From an uncultured Desulfarculus sp. (lineage in GTDB: Bacteria; Desulfobacterota; Desulfarculia; Desulfarculales; Desulfarculaceae), in assembly GCA_963665125.2 (NCBI GenBank), contig CAXXUK010000001.1:3456001-3520000 (forward strand): DNA of 64,000 nucleotides, written 5' to 3'. Shown here in pieces: positions 47,843 to 57,164 of the stretch. Numbering within the stretch: the first letter of the stretch is position 1; each line of letters begins with the position of its first letter. The translations under genes were made by a program, and so were the position numbers. Below the pieces are notes generated by a model, which saw only the letters and a list, made by a program, of their open reading frames with translations, did no database searches and was not told the DNA's origin.

Positions 47843-48475
47843 ATGACCACCAAGCAAAACCAATTTGACCACAAGGCCAAAGCCATGGACCAAAACCCCG
47901 TTATCAGGGAAATGGCCCTTAACTTTTCTTTGGCCATAACCAAACACATGCCCCCGTCACCGGAAATCGACGTTATGGATTATGGCTGCGGCTCGGGGTT
48001 GATCGGGATGCATCTATACAAGAACTACAGGTCCATGATCATGATGGACACGTCCGTGGGCATGCTGGAGATATTAAAGGAAAAAATCGAAGCCCAAAAC
48101 ATAACCAACATGCGGGTAATCAATTGCGGAATCGAAAATGCGCCGCTGGAACCGGGTTGTTTTGATCTGATTTATACGAACAACGTCCTGCACCACATAG
48201 CCGACATCCCCGGTTTTTTAGCCAACATCAAACCACTGTTAAAGACCGGCGGCCATTTGTGCATCGGCGATCTGGAAAAAGAGGACGGCACTTTTCATCC
48301 CGACGGCATGGATGTGGAGCATTTCGGCTTTGCCGAGCAGGAAGTGCGCGCCTATCTGAATGACAGCGGTTTTGGGGTAATGGATTACCAGCGGTACTAC
48401 ATCATCAACAAGCCGAACAAATACGGGGAGATGCAACAATATCCCTGCTTTTTTACCGCTTCCGGATTGGCGTGA
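47843..48475 (+). CDS. Class I SAM-dependent methyltransferase
   Basis: 'DYGCGSG', 'FDLI....VLHHI', 'DLEKEDGTFH'. Confidence 0.9.
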   Translation: MTTKQNQFDHKAKAMDQNPVIREMALNFSLAITKHMPPSPEIDVMDYGCGSGLIGMHLYKNYRSMIMMDTSVGMLEILKEKIEAQNITNMRVINCGIENAPLEPGCFDLIYTNNVLHHIADIPGFLANIKPLLKTGGHLCIGDLEKEDGTFHPDGMDVEHFGFAEQEVRAYLNDSGFGVMDYQRYYIINKPNKYGEMQQYPCFFTASGLA

Positions 48476-49057
48476 TCAGAAAAGACCGGCCGCCCATGAG
48501 CGGATTTGTTCGGGGCTCAAATAATCGCCATCGCCTATCTCGGGCAAGGAAAACATGGCCACCCGCATGATCAGCCAATGCAACGGCTTAAGCTCGGCGG
48601 TGCTCAAGCGGCCCTTGAAAAAAGCAACGGCGACCGGCCGGATTCCGGGTATCAACTTGCGGAAATGATCCAAATAATACCTTGCCGTGTGGTTGCGTTC
48701 CATGGCCCTTAGGCGGGGGCGCGGCCTGTCGGGAGCGTCGAACCGGGGATCGACATACAGCGTTTGGTCCTGGTCCGCCTCACCGGCGGTGGCGCTCATG
48801 CAGGTAAAGAAAAAAGCGGTTTGGCTGACGGCGAGCCTGGCTTGGTTGTCTTTAAGGAACCGCTTTATCCTTGGCGTGCAGCGGCCCAGGCGAATGGGGC
48901 TGCCCACAGCCACCGCATCATATCCGGCAAGCTCCTGCCGTCCGGCAGGACCGATATCGACCTCGGGGCCGTTTGCGGCCAGCGCCTCGGCTATGACCTG
49001 GGCGGCGGAGGCCGTGGCCCCGTAGCCGGAGTCATATACCACCAGGATTTTTCGCAT
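48476..49057 (-). CDS. Flavodoxin-domain protein (HemG-like)
   Basis: 'VYDSGYGAT', 'YDAVAVGSPI', 'AFF'. Confidence 0.8.
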   Translation of the reverse strand: MRKILVVYDSGYGATASAAQVIAEALAANGPEVDIGPAGRQELAGYDAVAVGSPIRLGRCTPRIKRFLKDNQARLAVSQTAFFFTCMSATAGEADQDQTLYVDPRFDAPDRPRPRLRAMERNHTARYYLDHFRKLIPGIRPVAVAFFKGRLSTAELKPLHWLIMRVAMFSLPEIGDGDYLSPEQIRSWAAGLF

Positions 49058-49135
49058 TGGTTTAACTCCCAGTGCCCGTAGAAACATTTCGAGGACAAGA
49101 TGAAGTGATGATGTCCTGGTTAATCGAAATTCCGT

Positions 49136-49840
49136 CTAATCATCATCGCCGCCTTGACGGTTGTTCTTTCGAATCTCGGCCAACTCGGGATAGAGCTTTT
49201 CAATGCACTCCGGGCACAGGCCGTGGCTGAACTCGGCGTCTGAATGCTCGGCCAGATAGTATTCGATCTGCTGCCAATAGCCCTCGTCGTTGCGCACCTT
49301 CTTGCAATTGGCGCAGATGGGCAACAGACCCTGCAAGCTCTTGACCTGGGCCAGGGCCTCTTTCAACTCCGTGACCAGGCGCTGGCGCTCCAGCTCCAGT
49401 TCCTTGCGCCTGGTGATATCGCGCAAAATGCCCACCGAGCCGATGACCTTGCCGTTTTGGCCGTAATAAGGAAAACTATGGTCATTGACCCACTTGTAGG
49501 TGCCGTCCTTGCACTTTATCAGGTAGTCCAGCTGCACCTCGCCGGTGCGGCCCTCCTTGCGTTTGCGGCGGATCTCTTTCAGGTCAACGCCGGAACCATC
49601 GGGCGAATCAACTTCCACCACCAGCATGGAGAAGGACATCTCGTTGATTTCCTGGAGCGTATAGCCTGTGAGCCGGACGATGCCCGGGCTGAAATAGTCA
49701 TAGACCATCTCATCATAGCGGAGCTGGTAGAGCACATCGCCGGTGGTTTCAGCCAAAAACCGCAACCGCGCTTCTTCCTTGGCGCCTTCGGCCAGGCCTT
49801 TGATGATGGGCTGTTTCTTGCCGCGCTGGTCTTGGGCCAT
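49136..49840 (-). CDS. PAS domain + Cys4 C-terminal module
   Basis: PAS/PAC ending 'RDIT', coiled coil, 'LPICANCKK...SHGLCPEC'. Confidence 0.8.
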   Translation of the reverse strand: MAQDQRGKKQPIIKGLAEGAKEEARLRFLAETTGDVLYQLRYDEMVYDYFSPGIVRLTGYTLQEINEMSFSMLVVEVDSPDGSGVDLKEIRRKRKEGRTGEVQLDYLIKCKDGTYKWVNDHSFPYYGQNGKVIGSVGILRDITRRKELELERQRLVTELKEALAQVKSLQGLLPICANCKKVRNDEGYWQQIEYYLAEHSDAEFSHGLCPECIEKLYPELAEIRKNNRQGGDDD

Positions 49841-49852
49841 TGGTGCTCCTGT

Positions 49853-50731
49853 CTACAGCGGACCGCGTAGGGCCAGGCCCAGGGCCCGGTGGGTCAGTTT
49901 GGCCGCGGTAAAATCCCAGGCGCTCATGCCCAGGATCGGCGCCAGTTCCACCACATCAAAACCCACCACCGGACAGCGGGCGCAGACGGCCTCCAGCCAG
50001 GCGGTGACCTGTTCCCAGCTCAGGCCGCCGGGCTCGGGCGTGCCCGTGGCGGGCATGATGCCCGAGTCAAAGCCGTCGACATCCAGGCTCAGATACACCG
50101 GCCCCTCCAGGCCGTCCAGGGCCTTGGCCAGCCAGTCCGGATCGTTGTGCACGATGCGGGCCCAAACGGGCTTCAGGCCCCGGCTGCGCACCAGCTCCAT
50201 CTCCTCCAGAGAGCAACTGCGGCTGCCTATATGGCGAACCTCCAGGCCCAGATCCAGGGCCCGGCGCATGGCGCAGGCATGGGAATACTTGCTGCCATGG
50301 TATTGATCGCGCAGATCCAGGTGGGCGTCCAGACACAATACCGTGAAATCAGGCCCCCCCCTGTGTTTGACCATGGCCCGCAGGGCTCCCACGGTGACGG
50401 TGTGCTCGCCGCCCAAGACGATGGGCAGCCTGCCGCCGTCCAGCTCATAGGTCACCGCGGCCTGGATGCGCTCCAGGGCCCGTTCCAGGCTGCCGCGGCA
50501 GTCCACCACCGACCTGGTGACCACGCCCCGGCGCATGGGTTCTTCGTCAAGGGGGATGTCGTAGAGCTCCAATTGGTTGCTGGCGCAGATTATCGCCGCC
50601 GGGCCCAGGGCCGTGCCGCTGCCGTAACTGACGGTGGCTTCCAGGGGCACGGGAATGATGGCCGCCCTGGCCTGGTCCTCCGGCGGAATGGGAAGCTCGG
50701 AAAACGGTGTAATCGGTCCGGTTTCGGCCAT
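49853..50731 (-). CDS. speB: Agmatinase
   Basis: 'GGEHT', 'DAHLD', 'SLDVD', 'TGTPEPGG'; divergent from arginine decarboxylase. Confidence 0.9.
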   Translation of the reverse strand: MAETGPITPFSELPIPPEDQARAAIIPVPLEATVSYGSGTALGPAAIICASNQLELYDIPLDEEPMRRGVVTRSVVDCRGSLERALERIQAAVTYELDGGRLPIVLGGEHTVTVGALRAMVKHRGGPDFTVLCLDAHLDLRDQYHGSKYSHACAMRRALDLGLEVRHIGSRSCSLEEMELVRSRGLKPVWARIVHNDPDWLAKALDGLEGPVYLSLDVDGFDSGIMPATGTPEPGGLSWEQVTAWLEAVCARCPVVGFDVVELAPILGMSAWDFTAAKLTHRALGLALRGPL

Positions 50732-50881
50732 TGGCCCGTCCTTTCGCCGACGATAGGAATACCATGTTGCTTACATGGCATTATATACTTAACCCCAGGC
50801 AGGATAAAAACGTTTCGCAAACAGTTTTTTTTGGCCGCTCGCTATTGACCAAAAAACAGATAGGAGGCACAATCCTACGCC

Positions 50882-51451
50882 ATGTTGGTGCCAAAATACA
50901 TATACCTGACCAAGGGCAAGGGCGTTCACCAGGAAAAACTGGCCAGCTTTGAGGCCGCCCTGCGCGATGCGGGCATCGCCGCCCAGAATATCGTGGAAGT
51001 TTCCAGCATTTTTCCGCCACACGCCACCCTGATTTCCCGAAAAAAGGGCCAGGAAATGCTGGTGCCGGGACAAATCCTCTATTGCGTGCTGGCCCGCAAC
51101 GACACCAACGAACCCCACCGCCTGATATCTTCGTCCATCGGCCTGGCCGTCCCGGCCGACCGCAGCCACCACGGCTATCTTTCCGAACACAAGGGCCGTG
51201 GCCAGAAAGCCCAGGCCGCCGGCGACTATGCCGAAGACCTGGCCGCCGAGATGCTGGCCAGCACCCTGGGCATAGAGTTCGACGTGAACCAGAGCTACGA
51301 TGAAAAACGCCAGGTCTTCAAGATGTCCGGCAAGATCATCAAGACCTCCAACATCACCCAGACCGCCGTGGGCCCCAAGGACGGCAAGTGGGTGACCACC
51401 GTGGCCGCGGCGGTGATGATCACCGGTTGGATCGATGCGCCCAGCCTCTAG
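50882..51451 (+). CDS. pdaD: Pyruvoyl-dependent arginine decarboxylase
   Basis: 'SFEAALRDAGI..N...VSSIFPP' self-cleavage site, 'GYLSEH'. Confidence 0.9.
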   Translation: MLVPKYIYLTKGKGVHQEKLASFEAALRDAGIAAQNIVEVSSIFPPHATLISRKKGQEMLVPGQILYCVLARNDTNEPHRLISSSIGLAVPADRSHHGYLSEHKGRGQKAQAAGDYAEDLAAEMLASTLGIEFDVNQSYDEKRQVFKMSGKIIKTSNITQTAVGPKDGKWVTTVAAAVMITGWIDAPSL

Positions 51452-51539
51452 CATCGGGCCATTGACTAGCGGTTCCCCGAAAAGCTAACATCAACGTAGA
51501 ACAAAGTCACAACTGAACCGATTCGCATACGAGGCATCC

Positions 51540-52460
51540 TTGAGCGCTCCCCGAACACCCGGCCCGCGCCGTATCATATCGTCGTTGTTGCTGGCCTGTC
51601 TGTTGCTGCTTTTGGGCGCGGCATCTCCCCAACAGGCCACGGCCGCCGGACGCCGCCTGGCCCTGCTGGTGGGCATCAGGCACTTCGCCGACCTGGCCAT
51701 CAGCGACCTGCAATACACCCACCACGACGTTGAAATGGTCAAGGATTGGCTGCTGGACCCCAGCGGCGGCGGCTTCCGACCCCAGGACATCCGGGTGCTG
51801 CTGGACAGCCAGGCCACCATGGACAACCTAGTGGCGCTCAGCGACTCGCTGATTCAAAACACCACTCCCGATGACATGGTGCTGATCTACATATCCAGCC
51901 ATGGATTTTTCACCGACGAAACGGGCAACATGGGCGTGGCCCTGTATGACTCCAAATCCGTGGGCCTGGGCTCCGACGGCCCCATCCTCAAACGGATCAC
52001 CACCCTGACCTCCAGTTTTGTGAAATGCCTTTTGGAGCGTCTGCCCGCCGGGCAGCGCATCATCATAGCCGACTTGTGCCACAGCGCCCAGGTGGCCGAG
52101 GGACTCGATTGGGTCTGCGACCTGCGGGGCGAGGCCATCTACGGGCCGGAAAAAGACGCATTAAAGGGAACGACCATTGAAAAAGGCCCCCAGGGCCAGG
52201 TCACGGTCATTGCCGCGTCGTGCCAAAGCCGCCAAAAGGCCTGGGAGTCCAGGGAGCTGGGCGCCAGCATCTTCACCCATTTTCTGGTGCAGGGCCTGCG
52301 CAACGAACACGGCAGCCTGGTGCGGGCCTTCGAGTTTGCCAAGGACCGCACCCAGCGCCAGGCCAACGACGAAAAGGGGCACCTGCAAATCCCCAAGCTG
52401 ATGCGTTATCCGGCCCAGGCCAAACTGAGTCTGGCCCCGCTGGGCAACGCCACGCCCTGA
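51540..52460 (+). CDS. Secreted caspase-family (C14) protease
   Basis: Signal peptide; 'ALLVGI', His 'SSHG', Cys 'DLCHS', 'SIFTHFL..GL'. Confidence 0.8.
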   Translation: MSAPRTPGPRRIISSLLLACLLLLLGAASPQQATAAGRRLALLVGIRHFADLAISDLQYTHHDVEMVKDWLLDPSGGGFRPQDIRVLLDSQATMDNLVALSDSLIQNTTPDDMVLIYISSHGFFTDETGNMGVALYDSKSVGLGSDGPILKRITTLTSSFVKCLLERLPAGQRIIIADLCHSAQVAEGLDWVCDLRGEAIYGPEKDALKGTTIEKGPQGQVTVIAASCQSRQKAWESRELGASIFTHFLVQGLRNEHGSLVRAFEFAKDRTQRQANDEKGHLQIPKLMRYPAQAKLSLAPLGNATP

Positions 52461-52470
52461 GGCGCCAGGC

Positions 52471-53007
52471 CTAATAGCCGATCTTGTCTTCCAGGGCCAC
52501 CCACTGGTCAAAGACTTCCCGAGCCAAGGGGCTGACCGCGGTGATTTGCCGCATGTGCAGATCCCGTTGCCCAGGCTTTAGGGCCGCCTGCCTGAATAGG
52601 TATTCATCGTCAAACCCGGCCCTTGCCGCGTCTTCCCGGTCCGCCGCATAGTAGATGGCGTCCACATGGGCCCAATAGGCCGCGGCCAGGCACATGGGGC
52701 AGGGCTCGCAACTGGCGTAGACCACGCATCCTTGTAGGTTATAGGTGTTCAGGGCCTTGCAGGCCCGGCGGATGGCCACCACCTCGGCATGGGCCGTGGG
52801 GTCGTTGGCGCTGTGCACCTCATTGCCCGCCTGGGCGATGATCTGGCCGTCCTTGACGACGATGGCCCCAAAGGGACCGCCCGTTCCGGCCAGCATGTTG
52901 GCGCGGGCCAGCTCCACGGCCCGGCTAAGCATTTGCGGGTCCGGCGGCGCCGGGTCTATCTTGCCTCGGTTTTGAAAACTGCCGCTGTTATCCGGATTAT
53001 TGACCAC
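52471..53007 (-). CDS. Nucleoside/guanine deaminase (cytidine deaminase fold)
   Basis: 'GGPFGA', 'DPTAHAE', 'CEPCPMC', 'AGFDD'. Confidence 0.9.
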   Translation of the reverse strand: MVNNPDNSGSFQNRGKIDPAPPDPQMLSRAVELARANMLAGTGGPFGAIVVKDGQIIAQAGNEVHSANDPTAHAEVVAIRRACKALNTYNLQGCVVYASCEPCPMCLAAAYWAHVDAIYYAADREDAARAGFDDEYLFRQAALKPGQRDLHMRQITAVSPLAREVFDQWVALEDKIGY

Positions 53008-53088
53008 GCGAACCTCCGCTTACCAAATTGAACCCTCGGCAATTAAATTATCCCATGAGAGGTCCGCGTGGTCAAAACCGGAGGAGAA

Positions 53089-53529
53089 TCAACCCAGAGT
53101 CCACCACTTGTTGAAATAGGTCCGCCTGTTCCGGGCGGCCTGTTCAACGGCCCACTTCTCCAAGCCCATCCTTTGGATCTGGCAAAGGTTGAACACCTTC
53201 AGATTGTGGGGCAACTGGGCGGCCCGGTCGGCAAAGGGATGCAATAGATCACAGGGAAAAGTGTCGCATTCATAGCAGAAGTCATGGCCGTTTTCGCTGA
53301 CGCAGCGCCACGCGCCGCAGACATAGTCCGGGCCAAAGGAATATTTGAAGGTGGGTATTTTGCCCTGATGGGCCCGGCAGCCGTTGCAATGCATGTCCTC
53401 GACGGCCAGGCCCATGAGTTCATGATACATCTCGACGGTTTGTCTGGCCTGGTCGTCCTTATCGGCCAGGTAGAACATGCAGTTGAAGCAGTCCAGCCCG
53501 CACGGCGCGGTCATCTGTCTGTAATCCAT
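53089..53529 (-). CDS. DUF3795-family Cys-rich protein
   Basis: 'APCGLDCFNC', 'CNGCR', 'FCYECDTFPC'; GGAGG RBS. Confidence 0.85.
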   Translation of the reverse strand: MDYRQMTAPCGLDCFNCMFYLADKDDQARQTVEMYHELMGLAVEDMHCNGCRAHQGKIPTFKYSFGPDYVCGAWRCVSENGHDFCYECDTFPCDLLHPFADRAAQLPHNLKVFNLCQIQRMGLEKWAVEQAARNRRTYFNKWWTLG

Positions 53530-53642
53530 GGCGGCCTCCTTTTCTCGATTTGCCGCCAATGAACCACGTATGAACCAACCGCGCATCCCCCATCCGGGCG
53601 ATGAGGATCGGCGGTGCTAGTGAAAGCCGGACCAGAAAGGTA

Positions 53643-54086
53643 TCAACCCAAGGTCCACTTGTTCTGGAAATAGATCCGCCTGGCCTCGGCGCCGGGCCCC
53701 TTTGCCCATTGCTCCAGGCCCATCTTTTTGATCTGACACAGGTTATAAACCTTGGTGTTGTGGGGCAGCCTGTCGGCCCGGTCGGCGTATGGGTGCAACA
53801 GTTCGCACGGAAAATCGCCGCATTCATGGCAGAAGTCGTGGCCCTTTTCCGTGATGCAGCGCCAGACGCCGCAAACATAGTCATCGCCCAGGGAGTAGAT
53901 CTTGAATACGGGTATCTTGCCCAGGTGGGCCCGGCAGCCCCGGCATTGCAAATCCTCGGGGGCCACGCCCGTGAGTTGGGCCAGCTTGTCCAAGGCCGCC
54001 TTGGCCTTGTCGTCCTTGTCGGCCAGATACAGCTGGCAGTTGAAGCAGTCCAATCCGCACGGCGCGGTCATTTGCTTGTAGTCCAT
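53643..54086 (-). CDS. DUF3795-family Cys-rich protein (tandem paralog)
   Basis: Same Cys motifs; GGAGG RBS before ATG 54086. Confidence 0.85.
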   Translation of the reverse strand: MDYKQMTAPCGLDCFNCQLYLADKDDKAKAALDKLAQLTGVAPEDLQCRGCRAHLGKIPVFKIYSLGDDYVCGVWRCITEKGHDFCHECGDFPCELLHPYADRADRLPHNTKVYNLCQIKKMGLEQWAKGPGAEARRIYFQNKWTLG

Positions 54087-54286
54087 GTTTGCCTCCATCA
54101 TTCTTCCGGAGTGTACATCAACCAAAACACGCAAGGGAACCCTGGGGCGCACCCGACCGGGCGGTAAAGGATCCGTCAACCTCGGCCATATGTCGGCAAT
54201 ACATATCCGGCTTTGGGTGTATAGTTGAATAATGGGAAAGAAAAAGCGGATTGAAAGAACCATTCTTTCAACCCGAGGAGGTTGTC

Positions 54287-54643
54287 ATGACCTTGAAAAA
54301 ACTGACATCAACAGCCGCGCTGACGGTTATTTCGACCATGGCCTGGGCCTTGCCCGCGCTGGCCCAGCAGGGCCGGGGGGGCTTTAGCTGCCCCTGGGGG
54401 ACGGGCGATATGATGGGAGGCGGCGGCTGGTTCGGCATGATCTTCATGTGGATTTTTTGGGGCTTGGTAATCGTCGCGCTGGTGGGCGGAGTACGTTGGC
54501 TGTTCCGCGCCAACCCCCAAGGCGGCGGCCAAAGCGGCCCGGCGAACAGGTCCGAAGATCCATTGACCGTGCTGAAAACCCGTTACGCCAAAGGCGAAAT
54601 CACCAAGGAAGAATTCGAGAAAATAAAGGCCGACATCAGTTAG
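54287..54643 (+). CDS. SHOCT-domain membrane protein
   Basis: Signal peptide, 'MMGGGGW' + TM, 'LKTRYAKGEITKEEF'. Confidence 0.88.
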   Translation: MTLKKLTSTAALTVISTMAWALPALAQQGRGGFSCPWGTGDMMGGGGWFGMIFMWIFWGLVIVALVGGVRWLFRANPQGGGQSGPANRSEDPLTVLKTRYAKGEITKEEFEKIKADIS

Positions 54644-54646
54644 CAT

Positions 54647-54691
54647 AAAAAAAGCCGCGCCGGGAGGGAGCTTCCCGGCGCGGCGTGTTTT
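54647..54691. terminator. Bidirectional terminator
   Basis: aaaaaaa gccgcgccggga..tcccggcgcggc gtgtttt. Confidence 0.8.
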
Positions 54692-54703
54692 AAATTATTT
54701 GCT

Positions 54704-54838
54704 TTAAGACAGGTTCAAATTGTGGCAGCGTGGCCGCCGGTTGCCGAACTCCTGTTCGTTTACCTTGGCCATGCGTTCCAGATACTTACGCCACCGCCCC
54801 TTGTTCTTTGTTTCCAATGTGTTTTGACGTTGTTCCAT
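54704..54838 (-). CDS. 44-aa small protein resembling LDCC-motif metal-binding family
   Basis: AAGGAG RBS; '..WRKYLERMAKVNEQEFGNRRPRCHNLN'; not in supplied track. Confidence 0.55.
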   Translation of the reverse strand: MEQRQNTLETKNKGRWRKYLERMAKVNEQEFGNRRPRCHNLNLS

Positions 54839-54954
54839 GAAACGCTCCTTTCGCCTGCGTCGCCACTATCTCCTATTATTATTATGGGCCTTGGTTTCAC
54901 AATTTCACAACAGTATAATTCGATTAAACTCTTTAGCCGGGCTAACAATTCGCC

Positions 54955-56745
54955 ATGAATGCGCCAGTCAACCGGGAAAAGGCACCATTGATCACCCAGC
55001 CTCCATTTTTGCCCATGAGTAAAAAGGAGCTGGACGCATTGGGTTGGGACGGCATTGACGTGCTCATCGTCTCGGGCGACGCCTATGTGGATCATCCCAC
55101 CTTTGGCGCGGCCCTGATCGGTCGCTGGCTGGTGGCCCACGGTTATCGCGTGGGCATAGCGGCCCAGCCCGACTGGCACGACATCTCGAGCATCATGCAC
55201 ATGGGCCGTCCCCGTCTGTTCGCCGGGGTCACGGCCGGGGCCCTCGATTCCATGCTGGCCCATTACACGGCCTTCAAGAAGCGCCGTAGCGAGGACGCCT
55301 ACACTCCGGGCGGCGTGATGGGCCGACGGCCGGACCGGGCCATCATCGTCTACACCAATCTGGTGCGCCAGGCCTTCCGGGGCCTGCCCGTGGTCATCGG
55401 CGGCATAGAGGCCTCGCTGCGCCGGGCCGCCCATTATGATTTCTGGAGCAATAAGCTGCGGCGCTCGATCCTGCCCGATTCCAAGGCCGACGCCCTGGTC
55501 TACGGCATGGGCGAGCGGGCCATCCTGGAGATCGCCCGCAGTCTGGAAAGCAGCGGCAACGAGACGCCAGCCAAGGCGCTTTGGGGCATCCGGGGCGTCG
55601 CCGTAATGGGTCAGCCGGACAGCACCCCGGCCTTTGCCGAGGTCGAGGAGTTGCCGTCTTTCGAGGAGATAAGCTCCGATCCGGCCAAGCTGATGCAGGC
55701 CACCCTGATCATGGAGCGCCATGTGCACCAGGCCAAGGCCTGGGCCGTGCAGCCCACCGGCAACCGGGCCGTTTTGATGGCTCCGCCCGCCGAGCCGCTT
55801 TCCACCGCCGAGATGGACCAACTCTACGGCCTGCCCTTTGCCCGCGGTCAGCACCCTTCCTACACCCAGCCGGTTCCCGGCCTGGAGACGGTCATCGACT
55901 CCATCACCAGCCACCGGGGCTGCGGCGGCGGGTGCAGCTTCTGTTCCCTGGCCCTGCACCAGGGCCGGGTGGTGCGCTCGCGGTCGGCCGAATCCATCAT
56001 CGCCGAGGCCGAGCACCTGACCAGGGGGCCGGACTGGCGGGGATCGATTAGCGATGTCGGCGGCCCCAGCGCCAATATGTGGGGCGCCGTTTGCACGGGC
56101 CACAAGGCCTCATGCAAGCGCGCCAGCTGCCTTACGCCCCGGCGCTGCAAACACTTTGAAGTGGACCAGCAGGCCATTGCCGGTCTGCTGGACCGGGTGG
56201 CCGCCACCGACGGCGTCAAGCACCTGCGGGTGGCCAGCGGCGTGCGGTTCGACCTGGGCATGGAGTCGCCGGAATACCTTGAAGCCCTTATCAGCCGCTA
56301 TGTGGGCGGCCAGCTCAAGATCGCCCCGGAACACATCAGCGCGCCGGTGCTGCAATTGATGCGCAAGCCCCGCCTTGAAGTGTTCGAGCGTTTTCTTGAA
56401 ACCTTCAACGCCATATCCATCCGGGCGGGCAAGGAGCAATACGTGGTGCCATATCTGCTCAGCGCCTTTCCCGGCTGCCTGGACCGCGACATGATCGAGC
56501 TGGGCCAATGGCTGCGCCGCCGGGGCTGGCAACCCCGCCAGGTGCAATGCTTCGTGCCCACGCCGGGCACCGTGGCCACGGCCATGTTCCATGCCCAAGT
56601 GGATGAACACGGCCGGTCAATCAGTGTGGCCAAGGACGTCCCCCAGCGAAAGAAACAGCACGATCTGTTATTTTCACCGCCGGGCAAAACCAGCCAAACT
56701 TCCAACCATCGTCCCCAAAACCATAAGGGGCGCAAGAAACGCTGA
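54955..56745 (+). CDS. ygiQ: YgiQ-family (UPF0313) radical SAM protein
   Basis: 'SGDAYVDHP', 'GGIEASLRR', 'HRGCGGGCSFC', 'GGPSANM', 'LKIAPEH'. Confidence 0.92.
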   Translation: MNAPVNREKAPLITQPPFLPMSKKELDALGWDGIDVLIVSGDAYVDHPTFGAALIGRWLVAHGYRVGIAAQPDWHDISSIMHMGRPRLFAGVTAGALDSMLAHYTAFKKRRSEDAYTPGGVMGRRPDRAIIVYTNLVRQAFRGLPVVIGGIEASLRRAAHYDFWSNKLRRSILPDSKADALVYGMGERAILEIARSLESSGNETPAKALWGIRGVAVMGQPDSTPAFAEVEELPSFEEISSDPAKLMQATLIMERHVHQAKAWAVQPTGNRAVLMAPPAEPLSTAEMDQLYGLPFARGQHPSYTQPVPGLETVIDSITSHRGCGGGCSFCSLALHQGRVVRSRSAESIIAEAEHLTRGPDWRGSISDVGGPSANMWGAVCTGHKASCKRASCLTPRRCKHFEVDQQAIAGLLDRVAATDGVKHLRVASGVRFDLGMESPEYLEALISRYVGGQLKIAPEHISAPVLQLMRKPRLEVFERFLETFNAISIRAGKEQYVVPYLLSAFPGCLDRDMIELGQWLRRRGWQPRQVQCFVPTPGTVATAMFHAQVDEHGRSISVAKDVPQRKKQHDLLFSPPGKTSQTSNHRPQNHKGRKKR

Positions 56746-56891
56746 CGCTTGGGCGTCCCTGCTTCAACTTGCGCGAATCAATTAGTGTATTATTTTAGTT
56801 TGAATTGTCGTTGAAGCGGACAAGACCGCCAATGCCTTTGTGCGTTGCGGGCCTTATTGCTACCGGCGGCCAAAGGTTTTTCAGGGGAAGC

Positions 56892-57107
56892 ATGGATCTC
56901 ATATTTCTGCATTATGGAATCGAAACGCCGGCCGGCAGATTTATATGCGCCGATTGCGGCAAAGCCATCCGCATTGTAGCCCCGACAACCCTGCCGCCGT
57001 GTCCGGATTTCAACCCCAATACCCATAAGCGCAAGGGCTGGATGGCCGAAGAAGAGCCCAAAAGAAAAAGTAAGCCCGCAGGCCCGGCCTATCCATCATC
57101 AAAATAA
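56892..57107 (+). CDS. Small zinc-ribbon-like protein
   Basis: GGGGAAG RBS; 'GRFICADCG...LPPCP'. Confidence 0.6.
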   Translation: MDLIFLHYGIETPAGRFICADCGKAIRIVAPTTLPPCPDFNPNTHKRKGWMAEEEPKRKSKPAGPAYPSSK

Positions 57108-57145
57108 AAACCCGGATGCCGAAAAATTCGCGGCATCCGGGCTTC
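57105..57145. terminator. Terminator between convergent genes
   Basis: cccggatgccg/cggcatccggg stem preceded by A-run. Confidence 0.7.
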
Positions 57146-57164
57146 AGTCATATCTTTAATTTAG

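Noticed and set aside
54874..54885. (TAT)4 run upstream of ygiQ as a second Tyr leader
   Set aside because: In-frame TGA at 54838 with no later start codon; identical triplets fit an AT-rich promoter tract
54760..56103. 447-aa minus-strand ORF
   Set aside because: Antisense of ygiQ; no motifs
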